64,000 nt of DNA from an uncultured Acidobacteriota bacterium (GTDB lineage Bacteria; Acidobacteriota; JAQAZP01): assembly GCA_963836075.1 (NCBI GenBank), contig CAWIIB010000001.1:32001-96000 (forward strand), given 5' to 3'. Below are positions 40,583 to 50,922 of the stretch, piece by piece. The notes below the pieces were generated by a model. That model was not told the origin of the DNA, did not search any database, and saw only the letters and a program-made list of their open reading frames with translations. Made by a program: the position numbers and the translations under genes. Position 1 is the stretch's first letter. Each line of letters starts with the position of its first letter.

Positions 40583-41824
40583 ATGGACGAGATCACCAGA
40601 CGCGTGCAGCAGATGTACACCGCGTTTCCGCTGCCCAACTTCGAAATGCCCGAGATGCCCAGCGAGGCCCAACTGGCGGCCATGGGCCCGATGCACCGGC
40701 TGGAATACAACTTCTATGTCTGTCACCCGCACTACAAGTCGTTTGCCGGGGGCAAGGCCCTGGACGGCGGCTGCGGCACCGGCAACAGCACCTACCGCTA
40801 CGCGGTGCGCAACCCCGAGGTGGAAATCCTCGGGGTGGACCTCAGCGAAAAGTCGGTTTTTCTCGCCGAATCACGGGCGCGAAAGCGCGGGGCGACCAAC
40901 GCTCGTTTTCGCCAGGTGGACCTGATGGACCCCCAGGCCCTGGCCGACGAGGGCCCTTTCGACTACATCGCCAGCGAAGGCGTGGTGCACCACCTCTCCG
41001 ACCCGCTCACCGGCCTGCGGCACCTCGTTCAGCGTCTGACCCCCGACGGCCTGATCTTTCTGGCCTTCTACTCGCAAAAGGCCCGGGCCCGGGTGAGCCA
41101 TTTCCAGGAAGCGATTCAGCTGATCCTCGACGAGGAGGAGCGCAACGATTTCGGCAAGGGGCTGGCCGTGGCCAAACGGCTCTTCGGCAGCCTGGCCCAG
41201 GCCGGGCACCTGGAGCACGAGGTGGCCGGTCTGGTGAACACCGACCAGGAAATCGTCGACACCTTCCTCCACGCCAGCGAACGGTGCTACACCATTCCCC
41301 AGCTGCAGGACCTGACCCGTGACGCCGGGTTGCGGATCATCCGTTTCCACCCGTCCTACCTCTGGGACCCGGCCCACTGGCTCCCCGATCCCGAACTCCG
41401 GAACCGTGCCGCCAGGCTGTCGATGGAACAGCGCTGGCACCTGGCCGACCTGCTGATTCCGCACCACGTGCTCTACCAGTTCTTTGCCTGCCGGGAGGAC
41501 TACCGGCCCCGGGTCCCGCAGCGGAGCGGCGAGGAACTGCTGGGTGCCGTGCCCCGGTTCGTCCCCTTTGTGGAACTGGAGATGGTGGCCCCTGGTGACG
41601 GGGACGGCGGTTTCGGCAGCGCCAGCGGCGGCCGGCTGGTCTTTCGCGACGGCATGAAGCAGCTGGCGGATATCGACCTCAGTGAGAGCGGCCTGCGGCT
41701 GGTCCAGGCCTGTGACGGACGGCGCACCGTGGCCCAGGTGGCCGAAGAGGCGAACAGCGGCGGGGATGAGGCCGCGGCCCTCTACCGGGATCTGGAAGCC
41801 GCCAAGGCCGTCTACTTTGTGTGA
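40583..41824 (+). CDS. Class I SAM methyltransferase with C-terminal winged-helix (PqqD-like) extension
   Basis: LDGGCGTG, GVDLS, FDYIASEGVVHHL, DTFLH; tail LVQACDGRRTVAQVAEE. Confidence 0.8.
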   Translation: MDEITRRVQQMYTAFPLPNFEMPEMPSEAQLAAMGPMHRLEYNFYVCHPHYKSFAGGKALDGGCGTGNSTYRYAVRNPEVEILGVDLSEKSVFLAESRARKRGATNARFRQVDLMDPQALADEGPFDYIASEGVVHHLSDPLTGLRHLVQRLTPDGLIFLAFYSQKARARVSHFQEAIQLILDEEERNDFGKGLAVAKRLFGSLAQAGHLEHEVAGLVNTDQEIVDTFLHASERCYTIPQLQDLTRDAGLRIIRFHPSYLWDPAHWLPDPELRNRAARLSMEQRWHLADLLIPHHVLYQFFACREDYRPRVPQRSGEELLGAVPRFVPFVELEMVAPGDGDGGFGSASGGRLVFRDGMKQLADIDLSESGLRLVQACDGRRTVAQVAEEANSGGDEAAALYRDLEAAKAVYFV

Positions 41825-41833
41825 ACGCCACTC

Positions 41834-42766
41834 TCAGAGCGATCCGATAAGGCCGCGATCGTAGAGCATGGTGATATCCCGCACCCGGCCCTGCGCCGTC
41901 TCCAGGACGTGGCGGGTCTGGCGCAGGATGTCCAGCATCTCCATCTTCTGATCGGGCAGCCGGCCGAACAGACCGCTGTAGACCACCCGGCTCTCCAGCC
42001 AGATGTTGTTGGTGAAGTGGTCCGAGGCCAGTTCGCACGCCTCCAGATCCAGCCCGGTGATGAAACGCTCCACCTCTTCCAGCTTTTCCAGGGGCGACGT
42101 GGGCCGGTAGCTCCCGGCGGTCCGCGCCTCGTCCAGCGCCGACCCTTTCTGGGCCACCAGGGTCCGCAGGCGGATGAAGTGGGGCCGCGCCCGGTTGCAG
42201 ACCTCCGCGGTCTCCCGGGCATGCTCCTTCAGACGGTCCGTGCCGCCGGCGCCGATGAGCACGTAGTAGCAGAGTTCCAGCCCCGCCTCCCTGGCCGCCC
42301 GTCCACCGGCCACCATCTGCTCCGGCGTGGTCCCCTTGGCCAGGAACTTCAGCGTCACCGCATCCCCCGATTCCAGGCCCACGTGAACCCTGGTCAGCCC
42401 GGCCGCTCTCAGACGGCCCAGCTTGTCCGGCCCCAGCATCTTCAGCGTGCGGGCCCGGGCGTAGGAGGTGATCCGCCGGGCCTCGGGGAAGCGCTCTTTC
42501 ACCCGGGCGATCAACTGCTCCGCGTCCTTCAGCACCAGGCTGTCCGAGTCGGCGAGGAACACGGTGGCGGCGCCGGCAAAGATCTCCGCCGCCCGGTCGA
42601 TCTCGTCCAGCAGCTCCGCCGTGGGCCGGGCCTCGAAGCGGCTTTCCCGGTACATGGTGCAGAAGAGGCAGCGGTTCCAGGGGCAGCCCCGGGAGAGGCG
42701 GATCAGGGCCGAGCCGGCCTCGGAAGGGGGCCGGTAGGGCGGGAAGTCGTAGCTGCTGTTCTCCAT
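41834..42766 (-). CDS. Radical SAM protein
   Basis: YRPPSEAGS, GCPWNRCLFCTMY (CxxxxCxxC-type cluster motif), GLESG, SDH. Confidence 0.88.
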   Translation of the reverse strand: MENSSYDFPPYRPPSEAGSALIRLSRGCPWNRCLFCTMYRESRFEARPTAELLDEIDRAAEIFAGAATVFLADSDSLVLKDAEQLIARVKERFPEARRITSYARARTLKMLGPDKLGRLRAAGLTRVHVGLESGDAVTLKFLAKGTTPEQMVAGGRAAREAGLELCYYVLIGAGGTDRLKEHARETAEVCNRARPHFIRLRTLVAQKGSALDEARTAGSYRPTSPLEKLEEVERFITGLDLEACELASDHFTNNIWLESRVVYSGLFGRLPDQKMEMLDILRQTRHVLETAQGRVRDITMLYDRGLIGSL

Positions 42767-42784
42767 CGGCAGGGCTCCGCGGCG

Positions 42785-44329
42785 TTAGGGTACCAGCGCC
42801 CAGGCCGGCACCTCGCCGAGGACGATACCGAAGAGGGGGATGGCGATGGTGTAGACCAGGGCGGTGATCAGCACCACGCCGATCAGGTTGAGCAGCAGGC
42901 CGGCCCGGGCCATCTGGGGGATGCGCACCAGGCGGCTGCCGAAGACGATGGCGTTGGGTGGTGTGGCCACCGGCAGCATGAAGGCGCAGGAGGCGGAGAA
43001 GGCGGCGGGCACCATCAGCAGCAGCGGTGAGACGCCGATGGAGACCGCGGTGGCGGCCAGCACCGGCATCATCAGGTTGCTCACCGCGGTGTTGGAGCTG
43101 ACCTCGGTGAGGAAGGTGATCAGCAGGCAGATGGCGGCCACCAGGATGACCACCGGCACTCCGCGCAGCACGCCCAGCTGGTTGCCGATCCACTGGTCGA
43201 GGCCGCTGGCCTGGAAGCCGGCGGAGAGGGCGAAACCGCCGCCGAAGAGGATCAGCACCCCCCAGGGAATGTTGGCGGCCCAGCGCCAGCGCATGACAAA
43301 GACACCCTTTTTCAGGTCCACCGGCAGGACGAAGAGCAGCACGGCCATGAAGATGGCCACCGTGGAGTCGTCCACCGCCGCGGGGTTGGGGAAGAGCTGG
43401 GACCAGCCGGGGAGGTGCAGCCGGCCGATGTCGATGGGGCTGCGAAAGATCCAGAGCAGGGCGGTGGTGACGAACACGGCCAGGGTCAGCCCCTCGCCGC
43501 GGCCCATGGGCCCCAGCTGGCGCTGCTGTTGCCGGATCACCTCGGGGTCGCAGTTCTCGCCGGCTGCTCCCGGGGGGTGCAGCAGACGGGTCAGCAGCAG
43601 CCAGACCAGCGGGATGAAAACCACCACCAGCGGCAGGCCCACCCCCATCCAGCGGACGAAGCCGATTTCCGGTGCGTCGGGGTAAATGGTTTTCAGCGCC
43701 CCGGCCAGCACCAGGTTGGGCGGCGTGCCGATCAGCGTGCCCAGGCCGCCGATGCTGGCCGAGTAGGCGATGGCCAGCATCAGGCAGGTGCCCAGCCGGT
43801 TGTTCCGGCCGCGTTCCTCGCCGTCCCCGGTGAGGCCGCCGGCCGCCGCCATGGCGATGGGCAGCATCATCAGGGTGGTGGCGGTGTTGGAGATCCACAT
43901 GGAGAGGAAGGCGGTGGCCAGCATGAACCCCAGCACCAGCCGTGAGGGAGTCTTGCCCAGTCGGCAGAGCACCGCCAGGGCGATGCGGCGGTGCAGGTTC
44001 CAGCGCTGCATGGCCACGGCGATGAGAAAACCGCCCAGCAGCAGGTAGATGTTCTTGTCGCCGTAGCAGACGGCGGTCTGCCGGGAGGGCAGGATGTCCA
44101 GCAGGGGATAGGCGGCCAGGGGGATCAGGGCCGCGGCGGCAAAGGGCACGGCCTCGGTGATCCACCAGGCGGCCATCAGCGCGGCCACCGCGGCCATGCG
44201 CATGGCCGCCGGGGGCATGCCCTGCGGCGGCGGCAGCAGAAGCAGGAGGAGGAAAAGCAGCAGCCCCAGGGGCAGGCCCACCAGTTTGGTGGGCGAGATC
44301 CGCTTGATTCTGCTGACGCCTTCAACCAT
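42785..44329 (-). CDS. DASS/SLC13 sodium:dicarboxylate (or sulfate) symporter
   Basis: SMWISNTAT, GTLIGTPPN, TEVSSNTA, FMLPVATPPNAI. Confidence 0.92.
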   Translation of the reverse strand: MVEGVSRIKRISPTKLVGLPLGLLLFLLLLLLPPPQGMPPAAMRMAAVAALMAAWWITEAVPFAAAALIPLAAYPLLDILPSRQTAVCYGDKNIYLLLGGFLIAVAMQRWNLHRRIALAVLCRLGKTPSRLVLGFMLATAFLSMWISNTATTLMMLPIAMAAAGGLTGDGEERGRNNRLGTCLMLAIAYSASIGGLGTLIGTPPNLVLAGALKTIYPDAPEIGFVRWMGVGLPLVVVFIPLVWLLLTRLLHPPGAAGENCDPEVIRQQQRQLGPMGRGEGLTLAVFVTTALLWIFRSPIDIGRLHLPGWSQLFPNPAAVDDSTVAIFMAVLLFVLPVDLKKGVFVMRWRWAANIPWGVLILFGGGFALSAGFQASGLDQWIGNQLGVLRGVPVVILVAAICLLITFLTEVSSNTAVSNLMMPVLAATAVSIGVSPLLLMVPAAFSASCAFMLPVATPPNAIVFGSRLVRIPQMARAGLLLNLIGVVLITALVYTIAIPLFGIVLGEVPAWALVP

Positions 44330-44753
44330 TCAGTGACCCGGCCCCCACGCTCCGTCCCCCCATTGCAGCACTTTAATCCTCACCCGGGCCACACCCTGGT
44401 CCATCATCTGCAGCTTTCTGGCCGCCTTTTTGGAGAGGTCGATGATCCGGCCCTCAACAAAGGGGCCACGATCGGTGATCCTCACCTTCACCGTGCGGCC
44501 GTTCTCCAGGTTGGTCACCCGCAACAGGGTGCCGAAGGGCAGCACCCGGTGGGCCGCGGTGAGCTTGCGCTGGTTGTAGCGGCTGCCGTCCGCGGCCGGT
44601 CTTGCCATGGAACCCCGGCCCGTACCACGAGGCCAGGCCCTCCTCCTCCTCGGGCCAGGAGTGCTTCTTGTTGGTCCCGCAGCCGGAGAGCCACAGCTGG
44701 GCGGCCAGCAGGAGCAGCAGGAGGACGGTGGATATGGTGCGGATGCGGTTCAC
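44330..44753 (-). CDS. rlpA: Septal ring lytic transglycosylase RlpA-family lipoprotein (frameshift)
   Basis: Lipobox LSGC; GLASWYGPGFHG; TAAHRVLPFGT; DRGPFVEGRIIDLS. Confidence 0.88.
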
Positions 44754-44829
44754 TTGGGCTCCGCCCGGAGATGCCGGCGGCTGGGGGATCAGGGGAGCTT
44801 CAATGTCCCGGTGAGCTCGGTCACCGATG

Positions 44830-45729
44830 TCAATGCCCTGCTCGCTCGAGATAGGCGCTGATTCCCTCGCAGACCTTCACCGCCGCGTCCGGTTCGATGT
44901 AGTTGGCCGTGCCCACCTGCACCGCGTCGGCCCCGCAGATCAGGAACTGGATCGCGTCTTCGGCGGCGGCGATCCCGCCAATGCCGATCAGCGGCACGCC
45001 GAGGCCGGCCCGGTAGACCTGGTGCACCATCCGCAGGGCCACCGGCCGGATGGCCGGGCCGGAAAGCCCGCCCACCACGTTGCGCAGGTGGGGGGTGCGG
45101 GTCTCGATGTCCACGCTCATCCCCAGCAGGGTGTTGATCAGCGACAGCGCGTCGGACCCGCCCTCCACGGCGGCGCGGGCCAGCAGGACGATGTCGGTGA
45201 CATTGGGGGTCATCTTGGTGATCACCGGCAGGCTGGTGGCTTCCCGCACGGCCTGCACCACGCTCTTCAGCATCACCGGGTCGTTGCCGAAGGCGATGCC
45301 GCCCCTGGTCACATTGGGGCAGGAGACGTTGATCTCCACCGCGGCCACCCCTTCGGCCTTTTCCAGGGCGGCGGCAACGGCGGCGTATTCCTCCACCGTT
45401 TCACCAAAGATGTTGGCGATCACCGCGGTGTCGTACTCGCGGAGCCGGGGAAGATACTCGCTGATGAAGTAGGCCACCCCCACGTTCTGCAGGCCGATGG
45501 CGTTGAGCATCCCGGCCGGGGTCTCCATGATCCGCGGCGGCAGGTTCCCCGGACGGGGTTTGAGCGACAGCCCCTTGACGCAGACGCCGCCCAGGCGGTT
45601 GAGGTCCAGCTTGTCCGCAAACTCCAGCCCGTAGCCAAAGGTGCCGCTGGCGGTGAGCACCGGGTTCTTCAGGTGCAGCGCGCCGATGTCCACCCCGAGG
45701 TCCGGGCCGTGACTACTGGAAGAGGCCAA
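44830..45729 (-). CDS. pyrD: Dihydroorotate dehydrogenase, family 1B catalytic subunit
   Basis: ASGTFGYG, NAIGLQN, NVSCPNV, GGLSGPAIRP. Confidence 0.95.
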   Translation of the reverse strand: MASSSSHGPDLGVDIGALHLKNPVLTASGTFGYGLEFADKLDLNRLGGVCVKGLSLKPRPGNLPPRIMETPAGMLNAIGLQNVGVAYFISEYLPRLREYDTAVIANIFGETVEEYAAVAAALEKAEGVAAVEINVSCPNVTRGGIAFGNDPVMLKSVVQAVREATSLPVITKMTPNVTDIVLLARAAVEGGSDALSLINTLLGMSVDIETRTPHLRNVVGGLSGPAIRPVALRMVHQVYRAGLGVPLIGIGGIAAAEDAIQFLICGADAVQVGTANYIEPDAAVKVCEGISAYLERAGH

Positions 45730-46591
45730 GGTCCACCTCCTCCCCGTTGAACACCGGTCCCTCGGTGCAGACCCGGCTGTAGACCGCCGAGCCGTCGGGC
45801 GCCGGTGCGGACGCGGGAACCACGCAGCCGAGGCATACCCCGAGGCCGCAGCCCATGCGGGTCTCCAGCGAGATCTCCACCGGCAACCGGTGCTCGCGGC
45901 AGATATCCACCACCGCGGTCATCATCGGGTTGGGACCGCAGGCGTAGACCACCGTTTTGCCGGTGGGCATCTGCGGGATGTCCCGGGTCAGGGGCGCGGT
46001 GACGAATCCCTTCTCGCCGCAGCTGCCGTCCTCGGTGGCCAGGACGGATTCCACGCCCCGTGACACGAAGGCGTCCAGTTCCACCAGATCCTGTTCGCTG
46101 CGGCCGCCGAAATAGAGCCTCACCGGCACGTCGACACGCTGCAGGGCGTCCACCAGCATGGGGAAGGGGGCCACACCGATGCCGCCGGCCACGATAACCG
46201 CCAGTTCCGGGTTGCGGAAGCGTGGCTCCGCTGCCGGTCCGGGGATGGTGAACCCCTCGCCGATGGGCCCCAGGCAGTCCAGCGGCTCGCCCGGTTGCAG
46301 GCGGGCCATGATCGCCGTGCCGCTGCCCACCACCTTGTAGAGAAAGGTCAGTCTGATCATCGGGTTGTTGCCCGCATCGTTGATGCCCATGCGCATGGTG
46401 CAGACGCTGATCGGGCGCCGGAGCAGGGGGGCGGTGCCGTGGCCCAGGCGGACCATGTAGAACTGCCCCGGCCGCGGCGGGGGTGCGGTGTCGGCTCTGG
46501 TCTCCACCAGCAGACGTCCGCAGTCGCCGCCCAGCAGGCGGTTTTCCCTCACGGTCCAGATCTGGCTGGTCATGCTCTGCTCCACGATCAT
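45713..46591 (-). CDS. pyrK: Dihydroorotate dehydrogenase electron transfer subunit
   Basis: PGQF, LRRPIS, GGIGVAP, ACGP, MGCGLGVCLGC, CTEGPVF. Confidence 0.92.
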   Translation of the reverse strand: MIVEQSMTSQIWTVRENRLLGGDCGRLLVETRADTAPPPRPGQFYMVRLGHGTAPLLRRPISVCTMRMGINDAGNNPMIRLTFLYKVVGSGTAIMARLQPGEPLDCLGPIGEGFTIPGPAAEPRFRNPELAVIVAGGIGVAPFPMLVDALQRVDVPVRLYFGGRSEQDLVELDAFVSRGVESVLATEDGSCGEKGFVTAPLTRDIPQMPTGKTVVYACGPNPMMTAVVDICREHRLPVEISLETRMGCGLGVCLGCVVPASAPAPDGSAVYSRVCTEGPVFNGEEVDLGLFQ

Positions 46592-46671
46592 CTCGAGAAT
46601 TCTCCCGCTGTCCGTCCGCAGGGAGATGGTAGCAGAACGCCGGTGATCGAGTAAACAGCGTCGGCTTTTTC

Positions 46672-46700
46672 TTGCTTTCCGCAGGCGCGGTGTGTACCAT
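46672..46700 (+). promoter_or_regulatory. Putative sigma70 promoter for pyrR-pyrB-pyrC
   Basis: TTGCTT-17 bp-TACCAT with TG upstream of the -10 box. Confidence 0.5.
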
Positions 46701-46889
46701 GAAACACCCTGAACGGGCACGCGGATCGGGCTGCAGGACCGGTTCGTTCCGGGTATCACGAACTTACAGACACAGCGACGAGATGCTGCCGCTCGCGGTC
46801 CGGGTCAATCACCCGGGCCACAGGCCACCGGGTTTCCTTGTGTCCGGGTGGCGGCGGCCTTGCGTCTGGGGAAAGGACATCACGCGATC

Positions 46890-47441
46890 ATGGCCAGGAT
46901 AGAACTGAAGTCAAAACTGATGGACCAGTCGGAAATCGACCGGGCCCTGGACCGTATCGCACTGGAGATCCTCGAGGCCAACCACGGGACCGAGGACCTG
47001 GTGCTGGTGGGGATCCGGACCCGCGGTGTCTACCTGGCCCAGCGGCTGGCGGAAAAGATACAGCAGCGGGAGGGGATCGAGATCCCGGTGGGCATCCTCG
47101 ACATCACCCTCTACCGCGACGATCTCACCGCGGTGGGGCCGCAGCCGATCATTCGCAAGACCGAGATCCCGTTCCGCATCACCTCGATGAAGGTGGTGCT
47201 GGTGGACGATGTGCTCTACACCGGGCGCACCATCAGGGCCGCCCTCGATGCGCTGATCGATTTTGGCCGGCCCAAGACGATCCAGCTGGCCGTGCTGGTG
47301 GACCGCGGGCTGCGCGAGCTGCCGATCCGGGAGGACTACGTGGGGCTGAAGTTGACCACCACCGCCGACGAGTCGGTGAAGGTGATGCTGGAGGAAGTGG
47401 ACGGGGCGGAAGAAGTTCAGTTGCGTACAGTGGAGGAGTGA
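46890..47441 (+). CDS. pyrR: Pyrimidine regulatory protein / uracil phosphoribosyltransferase
   Basis: [36 protein letters not shown]. Confidence 0.95.
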   Translation: MARIELKSKLMDQSEIDRALDRIALEILEANHGTEDLVLVGIRTRGVYLAQRLAEKIQQREGIEIPVGILDITLYRDDLTAVGPQPIIRKTEIPFRITSMKVVLVDDVLYTGRTIRAALDALIDFGRPKTIQLAVLVDRGLRELPIREDYVGLKLTTTADESVKVMLEEVDGAEEVQLRTVEE

Positions 47442-47447
47442 GCCCGA

Positions 47448-48392
47448 ATGCCTGCGAAAATCAATCACCTCTTGGGCATCGAGCCCATGGACCGTGAGCA
47501 GATCGAAATGATCCTCGACACGGCCGAGTCCTTCAAGGAGATCTCCACCAGGTCGATCAAGAAAGTGCCCACCCTGCGGGGCAAGACGGTGATCAACCTC
47601 TTCTTCGAGCCGTCCACCAGAACGAGGAGTTCTTTCGAGATTGCAGAAAAACGGCTCAGCGCCGACTCACTGAATTTCTCAGCTTCCACCAGCGCGGTGC
47701 TCAAGGGCGAGACCCTGCTGGACACCGTGCGCAACCTCGAGGCGATGAACCCCGACGTGTTCGTCATCCGGCACGCCTGCGCCGGAGCGGCGGCAATGAT
47801 TACCGGCGCCACCGGTGCTTCGGTGATCAACGCCGGGGACGGGGCCCACGAGCACCCGACCCAGGCCCTGCTGGATGCCTTCACCATCCGCGAGCACAAG
47901 AAGAAGATCGACGGGTTGCGGGTGGCCATCGTCGGCGACATCGCGCACAGCCGCGTGGTCCGCTCCAACATCTTCCTGCTCAACAAGCTGGGGGCCAGCG
48001 TGATCCTCTGCGGGCCGTCCACCCTGCTGCCGCCGTACGCCGCCGTCCTGGGGGTGGAGACCACCACCAGCATCGATCAGGCGCTGGACGGGGCCGATGT
48101 GGTGATGATGCTGCGGGTGCAGCTGGAGCGGATGAAACTCTCGCTCTTCCCGTCGGCCAAGGAGTATTTCCGCCTCTTCGCCCTGACTGCGGAACGGGTC
48201 CAGCTGGCCAGGGACGATGTGATCATCATGCACCCCGGGCCGATGAACCGCGGCGTGGAGATTGCCTCCGAGGTGGCCGACGGCCCCTACTCGGTGATTC
48301 TCGAGCAAGTGACCAACGGGGTGGCGGTGCGCATGGCCGCCCTCTATCTGCTGATCGGAGGGGGAGAGGAAGAAGATGAAGTTGAGAATTAA
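47448..48392 (+). CDS. pyrB: Aspartate carbamoyltransferase catalytic subunit
   Basis: [32 protein letters not shown]. Confidence 0.96.
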   Translation: MPAKINHLLGIEPMDREQIEMILDTAESFKEISTRSIKKVPTLRGKTVINLFFEPSTRTRSSFEIAEKRLSADSLNFSASTSAVLKGETLLDTVRNLEAMNPDVFVIRHACAGAAAMITGATGASVINAGDGAHEHPTQALLDAFTIREHKKKIDGLRVAIVGDIAHSRVVRSNIFLLNKLGASVILCGPSTLLPPYAAVLGVETTTSIDQALDGADVVMMLRVQLERMKLSLFPSAKEYFRLFALTAERVQLARDDVIIMHPGPMNRGVEIASEVADGPYSVILEQVTNGVAVRMAALYLLIGGGEEEDEVEN

Positions 48393-49656
48393 CAACGGCC
48401 GGGTGATCGATCCCGCCAACGGCGTTGACGGTCCATTCGACGTGCTGGTGGAGGATGGCAAGGTGCAGGCGGTGGCCGCGGACCTGGGCGACACCCCGGG
48501 GGCCACGGTGATCGACGCCACGGGCAAGGTGGTCTGTCCCGGGTTCATCGACATCCACACCCACCTGCGCCAGCCCGGTTACGAATACAAGGAGACCATC
48601 CACAGCGGGTCGCTGGCTGCGGCTGCCGGGGGGTTCACCTCCATCGCCTGCATGCCCAACACCAATCCGCCCATCGACAACCAGTCGGTGGTGGAGTTCG
48701 TGGTCTCCACGGCGCTCAGCGAAGCGGTGGTCAATATCTTTCCGGTGGGGGCGGTGAGCAAGGGGCTCAAGGGCAAGGAACTGGCCGAGATGGGCGAGAT
48801 GCAGGAGGCGGGCATCGTCGCCGTTTCCGACGACGGCCTGCCGGTGGTCTCCAGCCACATGATGCGCCGGGCCCTGGAATACGCCTCCATGCTGGGCATG
48901 CCGGTGGTCAACCACGCCGAAGACCCCACCCTGGTCCCCCGGTGGTCGATGCACGAGGGTGAGATCTCCACCCGCCTGGGCCTGGCCGGTCTGCCCGGTG
49001 CCGGCGAGGAGATCATGATCGCCCGGGACATCATCCTCGCCGAGATGACCGGGGGCCTGCTGCACATTCCGCATCTCAGCACCCGCGGCGCCCTGGCCCT
49101 GGTGCGCGAGGCAAAGAAACGCGGTGTGCGGGTCACCGCCGAAGTCTCTCCCCACCACTTCAGCCTCACCGACGAGGCGGTGCTGGGGTTTGATCCCAAC
49201 ACCAAGATGAGCCCGCCGCTGCGGTGCAAGGCTGACCGGGAGGCGATGCTGGAGGGGCTGGCCGACGGCACCCTCGACTGTATCGCCACCGATCACGCGC
49301 CGCACCACCCGGACGAGAAGGCACTGGAATACGACAACGCACCCTGCGGCATCATCGGGCTGGAAACAGCGGTGAGCCTCTCCCTGGACCGCCTGGTCCA
49401 CGGCGGGGTGCTGGAACTGCCGGCCATGGTCCGCTGTTTCACCACCGCCCCGGCGGCGATCTTCAACCTGGACAAGGGCACGCTCTCCAGCGGGGCCGAT
49501 GCCGACATCACCATCATCGACCTTCAGCGGCCGGCGGTGGTGGATGCGCAAACCTCGAAGTCGCTGAGCCGCAACACACCGTTCCAGGGCATGGAACTCA
49601 CCGGGGGGCCGGTGACCACCATCGTCGGGGGCGACGTGGTCTGGCAACTGGACTGA
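48376..49656 (+). CDS. pyrC: Dihydroorotase
   Basis: [34 protein letters not shown]. Confidence 0.95.
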   Translation: MKLRINNGRVIDPANGVDGPFDVLVEDGKVQAVAADLGDTPGATVIDATGKVVCPGFIDIHTHLRQPGYEYKETIHSGSLAAAAGGFTSIACMPNTNPPIDNQSVVEFVVSTALSEAVVNIFPVGAVSKGLKGKELAEMGEMQEAGIVAVSDDGLPVVSSHMMRRALEYASMLGMPVVNHAEDPTLVPRWSMHEGEISTRLGLAGLPGAGEEIMIARDIILAEMTGGLLHIPHLSTRGALALVREAKKRGVRVTAEVSPHHFSLTDEAVLGFDPNTKMSPPLRCKADREAMLEGLADGTLDCIATDHAPHHPDEKALEYDNAPCGIIGLETAVSLSLDRLVHGGVLELPAMVRCFTTAPAAIFNLDKGTLSSGADADITIIDLQRPAVVDAQTSKSLSRNTPFQGMELTGGPVTTIVGGDVVWQLD

Positions 49657-49707
49657 CCTCGCTGCCCGATCACCATCTCGATAGAAAATCACGGAAAGGA
49701 ACCGACC

Positions 49708-50190
49708 GTGGCGAAAATGATCGACGAGCTGACGGCCAGGCTCGACAAGGAATTCAAGGAAGCCGAACACGAGCTGAAGGTCATCCTGCCCAAGGAGATC
49801 CGGAAAGCAACCGACATGGGCGACCTCTCGGAGAATGCCGAATACAAGGCCGCCCTGGAGCGCCAGGAGTTTCTCAAGGCCCGTCTGGAGCAGCTGCTCA
49901 AACGGCTCCAGGAGCTCTCCATGCTCAACGTCAACCGCCTGCCCCGCGACCGCGTGGCTTTTGGCACCTGGATGAACGTCTTCGACGTGGAGAAGGACGA
50001 AGAGCATGAGTTCACCCTGGTGATGCCCGAGGACGCCGACCTGAAAAAGGGGCTGATCTCCACCAGCTCGCCGCTGGGCCGCGGGTTCATCGGCAAGTCC
50101 GAAGGCGACGAGGTGCGGATCGACACCCCCGGCGGGACCCGTAATTTCGAGATCCTCGAACTGAAGACGATCCACGACCAGGAAGACTGA
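49708..50190 (+). CDS. greA: Transcription elongation factor GreA/GreB family
   Basis: GDLSENAEY, ISTSSPLGR. Confidence 0.9.
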   Translation: MAKMIDELTARLDKEFKEAEHELKVILPKEIRKATDMGDLSENAEYKAALERQEFLKARLEQLLKRLQELSMLNVNRLPRDRVAFGTWMNVFDVEKDEEHEFTLVMPEDADLKKGLISTSSPLGRGFIGKSEGDEVRIDTPGGTRNFEILELKTIHDQED

Positions 50191-50215
50191 TCCCGATTGC
50201 GGCGGGGGACCAAGG

Positions 50216-50917
50216 GTGACCGAGGACGGCAGCACGCGGCTCCAACCGCCCCGTTCCCGCGGGGCGCGGATCTTTTTCCACCTGCTGGCCAGCGTGGCCG
50301 TGGCCTGTCTGTATGGTTACTACGTGCAGCGGGACTTCAGGACCGTACTCGACATACTGGGCTGGCCCCTGGCCGCGGGCTGGCAGGAGAAAATCGCCCA
50401 GCCCGGCCTGCTCAGCATCCTGCTGCTGCTGGTGCGCAACAGCCTGCTGACCTTCTTCTTCCTCTCCCGCAAGCTGAGCAAGGAGACCTCGAGCGAGTTC
50501 CTGCCCTGGGCGGCGGCGGTGGGCGGCACACTGATCGGCTACGTCTTTACTACCACCACCGGCGGCTCACCGTTGCTGATCCAGATTGGGAGCTGGGTGA
50601 TGGTGGCCGGGGTGCTCCTCGCCGTCATCGCCGTCTCCTCCCTGGGCCGCAGTTTCGGCATCGTCCCCTCCAACCGCGGCATCCGCACCGGAGGCATGTA
50701 TCGGCTGGTGCGCCACCCGGCCTACGGCACCTACTTCATCATCGACCTCGGGTTCGTGATGGTCCACCCTTCGTTGCGCAACCTGCTGGTTTTCGCCGCC
50801 TTTATCCTGCTCAGCTACTACCGCTCGGTCTACGAGGAGCAGCTGCTGATGGGCGACCCCGAATACCAGGCCTACCGTCAGACCGTTCCCTGGCGCTTCA
50901 TCCCCGGTATCTGGTAG
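50216..50917 (+). CDS. ICMT/PEMT-like membrane methyltransferase family protein
   Basis: Multiple TM segments; LGRSF, GMYRLVRHPAY, EEQLL, YQAYRQTVPWRFIP. Confidence 0.8.
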   Translation: MTEDGSTRLQPPRSRGARIFFHLLASVAVACLYGYYVQRDFRTVLDILGWPLAAGWQEKIAQPGLLSILLLLVRNSLLTFFFLSRKLSKETSSEFLPWAAAVGGTLIGYVFTTTTGGSPLLIQIGSWVMVAGVLLAVIAVSSLGRSFGIVPSNRGIRTGGMYRLVRHPAYGTYFIIDLGFVMVHPSLRNLLVFAAFILLSYYRSVYEEQLLMGDPEYQAYRQTVPWRFIPGIW

Positions 50918-50922
50918 GCGGT

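Noticed and set aside
41679-44165. 828-aa Arg/Pro/Gly-rich ORF and similar long overlapping ORFs (48226-50235, 28543-29916, 52857-54305)
   Set aside because: Alternate-frame or antisense shadows of well-supported genes in high-GC DNA.
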